This document shows, piece after piece, positions 46,935 to 56,770 of a DNA stretch of 64,000 nucleotides. This DNA is from Candidatus Sericytochromatia bacterium (GTDB taxonomy: Bacteria > Cyanobacteriota > Sericytochromatia > S15B-MN24 > JAQBPE01). Under the pieces are notes generated by a model. It was not told the origin of the DNA and searched no databases. It worked only from the letters and a program-made list of their open reading frames with translations. The DNA is taken from positions 9,385 through 73,384 of the forward strand of contig JBBAPZ010000006.1 in assembly GCA_040400605.1 (NCBI GenBank). Reading direction: 5' to 3'. Position 1 is the first letter of the stretch; the number at the start of each line of letters is the position of its first letter. The translations under genes and the position numbers were made by a program.

Positions 46935-47506
46935 GTAACGAAATACACAAAGCTGAATCGTCCCAGTTGCGGCCTTTTTTCCCTGATAGTGTCACGCCAG
47001 GACAGAAAACTGTTGAACGTGACGTGAACACGATGGGTGAGTCTGTCTACCTGGTTGAGATTGCCAAGGGTCTCGGTTATACGATGGGCAAGGTAGTTCA
47101 GAATCTGATCGGTATCAAGCCAGGTATGACTGTGCGCTACCCGGAGGTGGCGCGTGAGATACCCCAGGGATACCGTGGCAAGCATCGGTTGACCACGCGG
47201 GAGGATGGCTCATCAAAGTGTGTCGCGTGCATGATGTGTGCGACCGCCTGTCCAGCCGAGTGCATACACATCATTCCTGCCGAGAGTGAAGACCCGGATA
47301 TCGAACGGTACCCGCAACGTTTTGACATTGATTTACTTGAGTGTGTTTTTTGCGGTTTGTGCGTGGAAGCCTGTCCTGTGGATGCGATCCGTATGGACAG
47401 CGGTGTGTATTCGCTGACCGCATTTGATCGCGAAAGCTTCGTTGTGACCAAGGAAGAGTTGCTTCAGGTCAAACCCAATCCTGCACCCACGGGTCAGGTT
47501 GTTTGA
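46931..47506 (+). CDS. nuoI: NADH-quinone oxidoreductase subunit I
   Basis: Two CxxCxxCxxxCP ferredoxin motifs; T.RYPE. Confidence 0.96.
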   Translation: MSNEIHKAESSQLRPFFPDSVTPGQKTVERDVNTMGESVYLVEIAKGLGYTMGKVVQNLIGIKPGMTVRYPEVAREIPQGYRGKHRLTTREDGSSKCVACMMCATACPAECIHIIPAESEDPDIERYPQRFDIDLLECVFCGLCVEACPVDAIRMDSGVYSLTAFDRESFVVTKEELLQVKPNPAPTGQVV

Positions 47507-47545
47507 CCCCATCCCGAAATTGCAATAAGAAAAGTTGGGACTCAG

Positions 47546-48052
47546 ATGCCTTCGTTCGTTTTTTATTTGCTCGCACTGTTATGTATGTCGTCCGCCATTT
47601 ACATGGTGTTCCAGCGGCAACCGCTGAGTGCGGCATTTGCATTGGTCTTGTGCTTCCTGGGTTTGGCTGGTCTCTATGCCATGTTGATGGCACCATTGCT
47701 CGCCATTCTTCAGGTGTTAGTCTATGCAGGCGCGATCATGGCGCTCATTGTGTTCGTCGTGATGCTGTTGAACGTGCAGGATACGGATCTTCCAACTGAG
47801 CCCAAATTAAAGCGCTCCGTCGCGCTGGCGCTGCTTGCGTCAGTTCCATTGGGTGCGTTGATGTATCGCGTCTTTCTTAAACTGCCAGGTGAGGCCAAGG
47901 ACGCAGCAATCCTGCAGAATCAGTCCTTTGGTGGTATTGAGGCGGTTGGGAAGCATTTGTTCACGCAGTATACTTTTCCCTTCGAGGTGATTTCACTGAT
48001 GCTGACGGTCGCGGTCGTTGGCGTCGTAGTGCTGGCAAAACGACGGATTTAG
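47546..48052 (+). CDS. nuoJ: NADH-quinone oxidoreductase subunit J
   Basis: Motifs QVLVYAGAI..L..FV.ML and PFE..S. Confidence 0.95.
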   Translation: MPSFVFYLLALLCMSSAIYMVFQRQPLSAAFALVLCFLGLAGLYAMLMAPLLAILQVLVYAGAIMALIVFVVMLLNVQDTDLPTEPKLKRSVALALLASVPLGALMYRVFLKLPGEAKDAAILQNQSFGGIEAVGKHLFTQYTFPFEVISLMLTVAVVGVVVLAKRRI

Positions 48053-48083
48053 CGTTGGTGTGATTTGAGAGAAGAATGTTGCG

Positions 48084-48416
48084 GTGGATGAAGTGATGAT
48101 ACCTACAACCCATTTTCTGTTTGTATCTGTGGTGCTGTTTTGTGTCGGTTTGGCTGGATTCGTTGCCCGCCGCAACCTCTTTATTATTTTTATGTCGATC
48201 GAACTCATGTTGAATGCAGCCAATTTGAGTTTCGTCGCGCTATCGCGGCACCTCGGGAACCTTGATGGACAGGTGTTTGCTTTTCTCGTGATTGCTTTAG
48301 CTGCCGCGGAAGCTGCTGTGGGGCTGGCCATTGTCATACTGATTTTCAAAAATGCCAACGAGGCACAGCAACGGGATGCGTTGAGCATTGACCAGTATTC
48401 TTCGCTGGGACATTAA
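48084..48416 (+). CDS. nuoK: NADH-quinone oxidoreductase subunit K
   Basis: Motifs RRN...MSIELMLNA.N and GQVF...AAAEAAVGLA. Confidence 0.96.
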   Translation: MDEVMIPTTHFLFVSVVLFCVGLAGFVARRNLFIIFMSIELMLNAANLSFVALSRHLGNLDGQVFAFLVIALAAAEAAVGLAIVILIFKNANEAQQRDALSIDQYSSLGH

Positions 48417-48439
48417 TTAGGACTGAGGACGCCGTTTCA

Positions 48440-50407
48440 ATGAAAGAACATTTGCTTGTCAGCTTGATCCCGGCGCTGCCATTGGTGGGCGCGCTTTTGC
48501 TTGGGATCATGACCTTACTGAGGGCCAACCAGCCTCGGGGTGTTTCCAACGGGTTGGTTTCTTTTGTAGCCCTTTGTGGGCCGGTCTTAGCTTTTGCGGC
48601 GGCTCTCAAATTGTTTTTGGGGCTTGACGCTCACCCGTCCGGTTACATTCACGAACCGTTTACCTGGTTTGCGGTCGGCAATCTGGATGTACCGATGTCT
48701 TTCTATTTTGATCGCCTGAGTGGTGTGATGGCTTTGATCGTGACATTCATCGGTTCACTGATACACCTTTACTCGATCGGTTATATGGGCCACGAACGGG
48801 GCTTCAATCGGTTTTTTGTTTACCTGAATCTGTTTCTGTCGGCGATGCTGGTTCTGGTCTTGGCCAAGAGTTTGCCCGTTCTGTTTTTGGGATGGGAGGG
48901 CGTCGGTGCCTGTTCATTCCTACTGGTTGGCTATTATTTTGGCGATACGGAAAAAGCGCAAGCAGCGAACAAGGCTTTCATCGTCAACCGGGTGGGTGAC
49001 TGGGGGTTTATCCTCGGGTTGTTGGTCTTGTTCGGGTTCATGGGAAGTCACGGCGTCTGGACACTTGATATGTTGACGCTCAAATCGCACGCCGCGCTGC
49101 TAACGCCTGCTGTCGCGACAACAGTTGCATTGCTTTTGTTTGTCGGTGCTAGTGCCAAGAGTGCGCAGATTCCTTTGCATGTGTGGTTGGCTGATGCGAT
49201 GGCGGGTCCGACACCGGTGTCGGCCCTGATCCATGCGGCGACGATGGTGACCGCTGGCATCTACTTGCTGGTGAGATTGTCGTTTGTGATGGATGCTGCG
49301 CCGGCGGCCGGATACACCGTGGCAACAATTGGGGTTCTGACGGCGTTTGTCGCGGCAACGATTGCTGTGACACAGACGAATATTAAAAAGGTTTTGGCGT
49401 ATTCAACGGTGTCGCAGTTAGGCTTCATGTTTGCCGCGGTGGGGGCTGGTGCTTATGCGGTCGGGATTTTTCATCTCATGACCCATGCATTTTTCAAGGC
49501 GCTTTTGTTCCTTGGCGCTGGCGCCGTCATTCATGCGATGCACCACGAAGAGGACATGAGCCGATTTGGAGGATTGCGTTCCCGCTTGCCTTTCACGGCG
49601 GCTGTTATGTTGGTCGGATGCCTGGCGATCGCCGGGATCCCGCCTTTGTCTGGTTTTTTCTCAAAAGATGCGATTTTGTACGTCCAGTGGGAGCGGGGTT
49701 GGCACGTTCATTATGTGGCACTGCTGTTGACATCGGGCTTGACCGCTTTCTATATGTTTCGGATGTATTTCTTGACCTTTGCTGGCGAAGCGCGTGATGA
49801 GGAGTTGGATCGTCACGCACACGAAGGACCGGCCGTCATGAATTTGCCGTTGCTGGTGCTGGCGGTGGGTAGCGTGGTGGCGGGTTTGGTTGGCCTGCCC
49901 GCTGCGATGGGTGGTTCCAGTCTTGCGGCGTGGTTGGAGCCGGTGTGTGGTGCGCCGGTTGATCACCTCGCTGGGTTGACTGGCGACGCGCTGAAGCAGG
50001 CGACTTTCATTGCGCACTCGCACGAATATCTGTTTATGGCCTTTGCGATCATTGCATCCGGCGCGGCGATCATCGCAGCATACTATCGTTATGTGTTGAT
50101 GGGCAAAACCCCCTTCGATGTGCCCAGAAATCTCATCTTGGCTGTCTTTGCGCGCAAGTGGGGTTTTGACGACCTTTATCAGTTGCTGTTTGTACGGGGT
50201 TCCATCCAGTTGATTGGTTGGGGTCTGGATCGCGTCTGTGACCGCTTTTTCATTGATGGCGTGGTGAATGGCCTGCCATCATTGTATACAAGGATGGCAG
50301 GTGCTGCGCGTGTATTACAGACAGGTGCGGCGCGGCTATATGCCTATGTGATGGTACTGGGTGCGACGCTGTTGTTTTATTTCTTGCTTGCGCGCTTTGG
50401 CGTGTAA
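48440..50407 (+). CDS. nuoL: NADH-quinone oxidoreductase subunit L
   Basis: Motifs GWEGVG.CS, KSAQIPLH.WL.DAMAGPTPVSALIHAATMV and HL.THAFFKALLFL. Confidence 0.97.
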   Translation: MKEHLLVSLIPALPLVGALLLGIMTLLRANQPRGVSNGLVSFVALCGPVLAFAAALKLFLGLDAHPSGYIHEPFTWFAVGNLDVPMSFYFDRLSGVMALIVTFIGSLIHLYSIGYMGHERGFNRFFVYLNLFLSAMLVLVLAKSLPVLFLGWEGVGACSFLLVGYYFGDTEKAQAANKAFIVNRVGDWGFILGLLVLFGFMGSHGVWTLDMLTLKSHAALLTPAVATTVALLLFVGASAKSAQIPLHVWLADAMAGPTPVSALIHAATMVTAGIYLLVRLSFVMDAAPAAGYTVATIGVLTAFVAATIAVTQTNIKKVLAYSTVSQLGFMFAAVGAGAYAVGIFHLMTHAFFKALLFLGAGAVIHAMHHEEDMSRFGGLRSRLPFTAAVMLVGCLAIAGIPPLSGFFSKDAILYVQWERGWHVHYVALLLTSGLTAFYMFRMYFLTFAGEARDEELDRHAHEGPAVMNLPLLVLAVGSVVAGLVGLPAAMGGSSLAAWLEPVCGAPVDHLAGLTGDALKQATFIAHSHEYLFMAFAIIASGAAIIAAYYRYVLMGKTPFDVPRNLILAVFARKWGFDDLYQLLFVRGSIQLIGWGLDRVCDRFFIDGVVNGLPSLYTRMAGAARVLQTGAARLYAYVMVLGATLLFYFLLARFGV

Positions 50408-50434
50408 TTGACTTCGGACATAGAGGAGTTAGTT

Positions 50435-52009
50435 GTGTCAAATATCCCCTATTTGCTGTCGTGTTTGATTTTCCTTCCTCTGTTGGCCGGAGCCTTGATT
50501 GTTTGGTTACGTGAGGATGTAGCCGATGGATGGGAAAGGCCGGCAGCGTTAACTGTCGCCACGATTAACGCTGCACTATCCTTGTTGTTGTTTGTTGGCG
50601 GGCGTCAGACATCCGCCGGGATGGAAGTCCTTGCGTTTGAGGAAAAGTTGGGTTGGTTGCCGCAACTGGGCATTTCGTATCATTTGCGGGTAGATGGTCT
50701 GTCGGTGTTCCTGGTTAGCTTGGTTGCGTGGTTGACACCGGTTGCAATCATGGCAAGTTGGCGCCTGATACGGGAACGACAAGGTTTGTATTACGGCCTT
50801 ATTTTGCTTTTTTCTGGCGGGATGTTGGGGGCGTTGTGCAGCCTTGATTTGTTCCTCTTTTATGTATTTTGGGAGATTATGCTCGTCCCGGCTTTTTTCC
50901 TGATTGGGCTGTATGGTGGCACCCGACGACGCGAGGCGACGATCAAGTTTGTCATTTACACGATGGTCGGTTCCTTGCTGATGTTGGTCGGGATCGTGTC
51001 GGTTGCTCATCAGCATTTTCTATTACACGGTCAATGGTCGTTTGATTTGACGAAGTTGTATGGCTTGCAGTATGGCGCCGACGGTGGTGTATGGCTTTTC
51101 TTGAGTTTTGCGCTGGCATTTGTGATCAAAAGCGCCTTGTTTCCTTTCCACACGTGGCTACCCCTGACCTATGATGAAGCGCCCGCACCAGTCACGTTCA
51201 TGTTGTCAGCGTTGATGGCGAAACTGGGCATTTATGGTTTGCTCCGGATCGCGCTACCGCTTTTTCCAGTGGCCGCCAAAGCTGTTGCGCCAGCATTGGT
51301 TGGGTTGGCAGTGTGCGGCGTGGTGTATGCAGGTTTCATCGCCCTGGCGCAAACGAGTGCCAAGCGGGTATTGGCCTATGCCTCCATCAGCCATCTGGGG
51401 GTGATCCTGTTAGGTGTTTTTTCTTTGAATCCACAGGCCATCAGTGGCGCGACGTTCCACATGGTCGCTCACGCGCTGACGACGGGCGCGCTCTTTTTGC
51501 TGGTGGGCATAATTTATGAGCGGGTAGGAACCACCGAATTCGAAAGCTTGGGTGGTATTGCACACAAAGCGCCCTTTTTGGCGACGGTCATGCTGATTGT
51601 TGTGCTCGCGTCGGTGGGATTGCCTGGTTTGTGTGGCTTCGTCGGTGAATTCCTCGTGTTTGTCGGTGCGTTTGGCCTGGCGCCCACTGCGACCGCTTTT
51701 GCAGTCTCGTCCGTGGTATTGGGCGCTTCTTACACCTTATGGATGCAGCAACGGGTATTGTTTGGGCCTGCAAGGGCGGATTGTGCGGTCAAAGACCTGA
51801 GTGGCCGAGAAGCTATCATGGTGGTTCCAATCGTGTTGCTGGTATTTGGCTTGGGCGTTTTCCCACAGGCCATGTTGGATCGGATCAATCCTGCTACCGG
51901 GGCATACTTGTCCAGGATGGGTGTCAATGCGTGGCAAGCGCAGCCAACGCCTGCAGTGCGCACCTTGACGACGAAAACGTCAGGTACTCAGCCTCACGGT
52001 CACAAGTAA
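50435..52009 (+). CDS. nuoM: NADH-quinone oxidoreductase subunit M
   Basis: Motifs LFYVFWE, FPFHTWLP, K.GIYG, AYASISHLG and GLPG..GF.GEF. Confidence 0.96.
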   Translation: MSNIPYLLSCLIFLPLLAGALIVWLREDVADGWERPAALTVATINAALSLLLFVGGRQTSAGMEVLAFEEKLGWLPQLGISYHLRVDGLSVFLVSLVAWLTPVAIMASWRLIRERQGLYYGLILLFSGGMLGALCSLDLFLFYVFWEIMLVPAFFLIGLYGGTRRREATIKFVIYTMVGSLLMLVGIVSVAHQHFLLHGQWSFDLTKLYGLQYGADGGVWLFLSFALAFVIKSALFPFHTWLPLTYDEAPAPVTFMLSALMAKLGIYGLLRIALPLFPVAAKAVAPALVGLAVCGVVYAGFIALAQTSAKRVLAYASISHLGVILLGVFSLNPQAISGATFHMVAHALTTGALFLLVGIIYERVGTTEFESLGGIAHKAPFLATVMLIVVLASVGLPGLCGFVGEFLVFVGAFGLAPTATAFAVSSVVLGASYTLWMQQRVLFGPARADCAVKDLSGREAIMVVPIVLLVFGLGVFPQAMLDRINPATGAYLSRMGVNAWQAQPTPAVRTLTTKTSGTQPHGHK

Positions 52010-52022
52010 GGGGTATTCAGTT

Positions 52023-53543
52023 ATGTCTGAAATTTTTTCGTATGCATTGTTACCGCTGATGCTGCTGACAGGTTTCGCGGTTATTGTGATGTTGTTGTCG
52101 GCCCTTGTGCAAGACAGTCGCAGAGTCGCTTACTTCAGCTTGGCCGGGCTCGGTCTGGTTGCTTTGGCGAGCTATGGCGCCTGGCTGCATGCGCCTGCGA
52201 GCGCACAGTTTTTTGGTGGCTCAGTCACCATCGATCGTTTTTCCTATTATGGCTACTGTCTGTTTTTGGCAGCAGGTATGGTAACCATCGTCAGTGCGTT
52301 GCAACAGTTGGAGGAAGAGAACACCCTACGTGGTGAGTACTTCGCTTTGCTACTGTTTGCATTGAGTGGTGCCTTCGTGATGGTGAGCAGCCTGGACTTG
52401 ATGACCTTGTTTTTGGGGCTTGAAACGATGTCTTTGGCAGTTTATGCCTTGGTGGGTTATCGGCGGGGCGATCGCCGGGGCAACGAGGCCATACTGAAAT
52501 ACTTCTTTTTGGGTGCGTTGGCAGCGGCCATTTTTTTATATGGCATTGCGCTCATCTATGGTGCTGTCGGTACCGTCAATCTGGCAGCGCTCGCGGCGCA
52601 GCTGGAGGGCACAGCGTTGAAAAATTCGCCGGTTTTGATGCTCGGATCGCTCATGTTAGTGGTTGCATTGGGCTTCAAGATCGCCGCATTTCCGTTTCAT
52701 ATGTGGCTCCCTGATGTATACGAAGGAGCCCCGTCCACGGTAACTGGTTTCATGGCGACCGCAGTCAAGGTGGCGGCGTTTGCGGTTCTCATTCGCTTTT
52801 TGCTGGCGCTTGGTGCGCCTGGCGCCTTGCATGACATGTTGACGCAATGCTTGCTTGGGATGGCAGTCTTGACCATGTTTGTCGGCAATATTTTTGCGAT
52901 GGCGCAATCCAGTGTGAAGCGGATGTTGGCATTTTCGGGCATTGCTCACACCGGCTATCTGTTGGTCGGCCTGACCGCCCTTCCAGATGTCGATGCGGGG
53001 TCGTCGGTTCTGGTCTATCTTGCGGCCTATGTGTTGACCGGCATTGCTGCCTTTGCGTGTCTCAGTCACTTGAGTGGGCGGTTTGAGAAACGGCGGGCCT
53101 TCAGTGATTTTGCTGGTGTTGGTTTTGAACAGCCTTTGGCTGCAACCGTGTTGGCGTTGTGTCTTTTCAGTTTGATTGGCTTTCCGCCGACGGTCGGTTT
53201 TTTCGCGAAGTACTATTTATTCCTGGCGGCCGTCAAGGCTGGCTTGACGCCATTGGTTGTCGTGGCAGTGGTCAACAGTATTTTATCGATTTATTATTAT
53301 TTGCGTCTGGTTATGGTGATGTTTATGGTGCGATCGCCTGAACCGCTTAAAACAGGGACATCTGCCTCGCCGATGGTGCGCTTGGTCTACGTCTGGGCGG
53401 CCTGCGCCATTTTTTGGGGTGGCGTCGGTGGCGTCAGCCTGTCGCCTCTGTTGCCGGGCGCGGCACCCCTGATGCAGAGCGCACGCCAAGCGATGGAAAC
53501 CTTGGGGTTGCCTGCGCAAGCCGCATTGTCCCAAGCGCGTTGA
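52023..53543 (+). CDS. nuoN: NADH-quinone oxidoreductase subunit N
   Basis: Motifs EA.LKYF, FK....PFHMW.PDVYEGAP, KRMLAFS.IAH.GY and GFPP..GF.AK. Confidence 0.96.
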   Translation: MSEIFSYALLPLMLLTGFAVIVMLLSALVQDSRRVAYFSLAGLGLVALASYGAWLHAPASAQFFGGSVTIDRFSYYGYCLFLAAGMVTIVSALQQLEEENTLRGEYFALLLFALSGAFVMVSSLDLMTLFLGLETMSLAVYALVGYRRGDRRGNEAILKYFFLGALAAAIFLYGIALIYGAVGTVNLAALAAQLEGTALKNSPVLMLGSLMLVVALGFKIAAFPFHMWLPDVYEGAPSTVTGFMATAVKVAAFAVLIRFLLALGAPGALHDMLTQCLLGMAVLTMFVGNIFAMAQSSVKRMLAFSGIAHTGYLLVGLTALPDVDAGSSVLVYLAAYVLTGIAAFACLSHLSGRFEKRRAFSDFAGVGFEQPLAATVLALCLFSLIGFPPTVGFFAKYYLFLAAVKAGLTPLVVVAVVNSILSIYYYLRLVMVMFMVRSPEPLKTGTSASPMVRLVYVWAACAIFWGGVGGVSLSPLLPGAAPLMQSARQAMETLGLPAQAALSQAR

Positions 53544-53622
53544 TATTGTTGCTGGTTGCCGCTGGTTTAGTTAAAAAAAGGTAAAATTATAAGCAAGTTT
53601 ACCCTTTAAATCGGCTATAATT

Positions 53623-53637
53623 TTAATTGTAACTTAA
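53623..53637. promoter_or_regulatory. Putative TTAA-N7-TTAA(C) regulator site
   Basis: TTAA-TTGTAAC-TTAA followed by C, in an AT-rich promoter region that also has TATAAT at about 53616. Confidence 0.45.
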
Positions 53638-53671
53638 CCTGATGGGCGAGTGTTGGATTGTATCCGATTGA

Positions 53672-53998
53672 ATGGTGAGGTGTGCTGTGCGTGCGATGTT
53701 GTCATTTACCTGTCGCGAACTGGACTTGACTTACGATGAGATTTACCAAGAGTTAGCGATTTTTTTGGAACAGTCGCCGGAAGACGTATGTCGGAAGGTT
53801 CCGCCGGATGATGCTACTGTTCTGTTGAAATACCATCGACGCCAGGCACAGCGCCGTCGGGTTTTTACAGACTTGGCAGATCAGTTGGGTGTTGACGTGA
53901 TGACAGTTTTTTCAGCGGTTTCAGCGGAGGGTGCCATGATTTTGCTTGAAGCGCTGTGTGCTAAGCGAATTGCTGAAGCGGTCGATTCGGCGCACTGA
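53672..53998 (+). CDS. Small hypothetical protein with internal two-fold helical repeat (start uncertain)
   Basis: Own promoter-like region and terminator. Internal repeat IYQELAIFL...VPPDDATVLL vs VFTDLADQL...VSAEGAMILL. Confidence 0.65.
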   Translation: MVRCAVRAMLSFTCRELDLTYDEIYQELAIFLEQSPEDVCRKVPPDDATVLLKYHRRQAQRRRVFTDLADQLGVDVMTVFSAVSAEGAMILLEALCAKRIAEAVDSAH

Positions 53999-54020
53999 TT
54001 GCGTAACGGAAAAGTAGAGG

Positions 54021-54048
54021 CTGCTCCCGAAAGGGGGCAGTTTTTTTT
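54021..54048 (+). terminator. Rho-independent terminator
   Basis: CTGCTCCC-GAAA-GGGGGCAG-TTTTTTTT. Confidence 0.85.
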
Positions 54049-54148
54049 GGTGTGCGTTTGGCTCGTCGATGAATTTGATGATTTTCTGGTGTTGATTCAA
54101 TGATTGGTCAATTTGGATGATTTGTTAATTGTGGGGTAAGATTGTCAT

Positions 54149-55987
54149 ATGGCCGGAGGCATCGTACAGAGTCAAACCATTAGCAGTGCTCAGCGTCGTG
54201 GTGAGATTGCTGCCATTTTGTGGAAGCATGGTTTAGATGCCTTGCTCTATCAGTTGAGCTTGGTTGATTTTTTGCCGACGGGCTGGCGCGATCGCCTTTC
54301 ACGTTATGCCGTCAGCACACGGGATGTGACGTCTGACGGTGACGAGGTTGAACTGCGGTTGCCGTTGCCGCAGAAACTGCGCGAGGTGCTGGAGGAGCTG
54401 GGGCCAACGTTTGTCAAACTGGGCCAGGTGATGTCAACCCGTGCCGATGTCTTGCCGCCTGCTTACATTGTTGAATTGTCGAAATTGCAGGAGACGGTGA
54501 CGCCACTCGACTGGGCGAGTATGGAGTCCGTGTTGCTGGAAGAGTGGGCTCATAAGCAACGTGAACGTAACCTTGGTGAGCTTGCCGTTATGTCCGCCCG
54601 GGATGTGTTTGTTGAGTTCAATGAAACGCCGATTGCTGCAGGAAGCATTGGCCAGGTGTATACGGCGGCAATTAGGGACACCGATGGCGAAGGTTTGCGG
54701 CGTGTGATAGTCAAGTTGCAGCGTCCGGGCATCGAGGGAATCGTTGAGGCTGACATAAGGCTGTTGCGTGATTTTGCGCGGATTCTGGCCAAGCGTTTTG
54801 AGTGGGCACGTTTTTACAATTTAACGGAAATCATTGATGAGTTTTCGGGGGTGATACGGGCGGAGCTTGACTACACGCGAGAGGGGCAGAACACCGAGAT
54901 TATTGGGCACAGTTTGCATAAGCATTATGCCAGGCAGGTCAGTACGCCGCGTGTTTTTTGGGAGTATTCAGGTCATCGGATGCTGACCTTGGAATTTGTG
55001 GAAGGGATCAAGATTTCGAGCTTGTTTCCGGGGTCGGTGCAGGTTGCGCGGGAAGGTTCCGGTTTTATTGAACTAGGCGATGAGCAACGTAAGGCTTTGG
55101 CTGCGACGGTAACCAACATGTTTTTACAGCAGATCTTCGTTGATGGCTTTTTTCACGCTGATCCACACCCTGGAAATCTGATGGTTCGGCCGGCTTCAAG
55201 CGCCGGCATTCCCGAAATTGTTCTGATCGACTTTGGGATGGTGGGTCGCATTGATCCACGCTCGCGCGACTTGCTAATAGATTTTCTATTGGCAGTCGTC
55301 CAGTTCGATGCAGCGCGGGCGACCGAACGCATCCTTGAATATGGGCAGCCCAGCCGCTTGATTGATCGGCACGCCTTGTCAGTCGAGTTGGATCACCTTT
55401 TACGGAGTTTTCTCGGGAAGCCCATCCGAGAGGTAGAAGTGGGTCAGTTGTTGCAGCAGATTCTAAACCTGATGGTTCGCTATCGCGTACGCATGCCACC
55501 AAGCTTTTTGATGATGGCCAGGGTTTTTGTGACCATTGAGGGCATCAATCGGCAGTTGGATCAGGATTATATGCTGATCAAGGTTGCGGAACCGTTTATT
55601 ATGCAAACCTTGACGGACCAGTTTTTTGCGCAGTTAAACCGGCAGGAATTGGCTCGTACCGCCCTGGATTGGCGAAACATTGCGGTCAGGACACCACGAC
55701 AGATCGATGATATTCTGACTCAGGTCAATGCGGGGCGTCTGCGCTTTGAGTCTCAGTTACTCGGGCTTGAGGACACGCGCCGCACCATTGCCGTTTTTGG
55801 CGACAAAATCAGCTTCTCACTGCTGATTTCATCCATGATCATCGGAGCGGCCATTGTGATGCATGCCCCGTCGACGCATCGGTTGTTTGGCTACCCCGTT
55901 TTAAGCCTTGCCATTTTCATCGTGTCTGCCGTGATGGCACTGTGGTTGGTCGGCTGGATTTTGCGGTCAGGCTCACTAAAACAGTAA
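54149..55987 (+). CDS. ABC1/UbiB/AarF family atypical kinase
   Basis: Motifs LGPTFVKLGQ..STR.D, AAGSIGQVY, VK.QRP, HADPHPGN and IDFGMVG; two C-terminal TM helices. Confidence 0.93.
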   Translation: MAGGIVQSQTISSAQRRGEIAAILWKHGLDALLYQLSLVDFLPTGWRDRLSRYAVSTRDVTSDGDEVELRLPLPQKLREVLEELGPTFVKLGQVMSTRADVLPPAYIVELSKLQETVTPLDWASMESVLLEEWAHKQRERNLGELAVMSARDVFVEFNETPIAAGSIGQVYTAAIRDTDGEGLRRVIVKLQRPGIEGIVEADIRLLRDFARILAKRFEWARFYNLTEIIDEFSGVIRAELDYTREGQNTEIIGHSLHKHYARQVSTPRVFWEYSGHRMLTLEFVEGIKISSLFPGSVQVAREGSGFIELGDEQRKALAATVTNMFLQQIFVDGFFHADPHPGNLMVRPASSAGIPEIVLIDFGMVGRIDPRSRDLLIDFLLAVVQFDAARATERILEYGQPSRLIDRHALSVELDHLLRSFLGKPIREVEVGQLLQQILNLMVRYRVRMPPSFLMMARVFVTIEGINRQLDQDYMLIKVAEPFIMQTLTDQFFAQLNRQELARTALDWRNIAVRTPRQIDDILTQVNAGRLRFESQLLGLEDTRRTIAVFGDKISFSLLISSMIIGAAIVMHAPSTHRLFGYPVLSLAIFIVSAVMALWLVGWILRSGSLKQ

Positions 55988-56005
55988 GCGTCACGTTTTT
56001 GTGGC

Positions 56006-56755
56006 TTATTTTTTGGCTTTCTTCTTGTCTGAACCTTTGGCGCTCGCCTTGGCTTTATTGGTCTTTTTCGTGTTGTCTGCTTTTTGGCTGCCTTTGCCAA
56101 AAAGACGGCCCAAAAAGGCGAAAAGACCTTGGCTTTTTTTAGCTGCGCCGCTCTCCGGTGTGTAGTGTTGCTTGAGTGTGGCGTTGCGCGGATCCAATTT
56201 ATGCGCGCTTGCAAAGCATCGCTGGGCCATCGTGTCGAGGCCCTGTTTGGAGTAGGAAACACCCAACATCACATGATAGTCGGCGACAGTGGAATCCAAC
56301 TTGACGGCCTCCTTAAAGTAGTTGATCGCAACCCCGTATTTCTTGCGATTAATGTAGGCGAGGCCTTGATCAAATTGATTTTTTGCCTGCCCAGCACGGG
56401 CTTGGTTGGCTTGGAGTTCTTCATTTTTTTTCGCATTGGCCTCGTGAATGGCGTTATCAATAACGGCACGCATATCACCGCTAGCCATTGTCAACTTCAA
56501 CGCATTTTGCCCGCCAAATCCCATACGACGAGCAAAATCATACTCCGCGCGCATCTCGTCATCCTTGAGGGTCTGATAGGCCGCTGAGACTTTGGCGAAT
56601 TGGGCGCTAGCCTCACGGCGTTTTGCTTCGTCATCCGGATAGCGATCCGGATGCAGTTCGCTCGCCAGCGATTTGAAGGCCTTTTTGATATCATCGCCCG
56701 TGGCGTCCTCAGTGAGGCCGAGCAAGTCATAAAGGTCGTGTTCCCATAACTCCAA
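56006..56755 (-). CDS. J-domain (DnaJ-like) protein with TPR repeats
   Basis: DLYDLLG..HPD..AY.TL.D...R..YD J-domain, followed by TPR-like helices and a Lys-rich tail. Confidence 0.9.
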   Translation of the reverse strand: MELWEHDLYDLLGLTEDATGDDIKKAFKSLASELHPDRYPDDEAKRREASAQFAKVSAAYQTLKDDEMRAEYDFARRMGFGGQNALKLTMASGDMRAVIDNAIHEANAKKNEELQANQARAGQAKNQFDQGLAYINRKKYGVAINYFKEAVKLDSTVADYHVMLGVSYSKQGLDTMAQRCFASAHKLDPRNATLKQHYTPESGAAKKSQGLFAFLGRLFGKGSQKADNTKKTNKAKASAKGSDKKKAKK

Positions 56756-56770
56756 AATTGTGCTCCTTGC

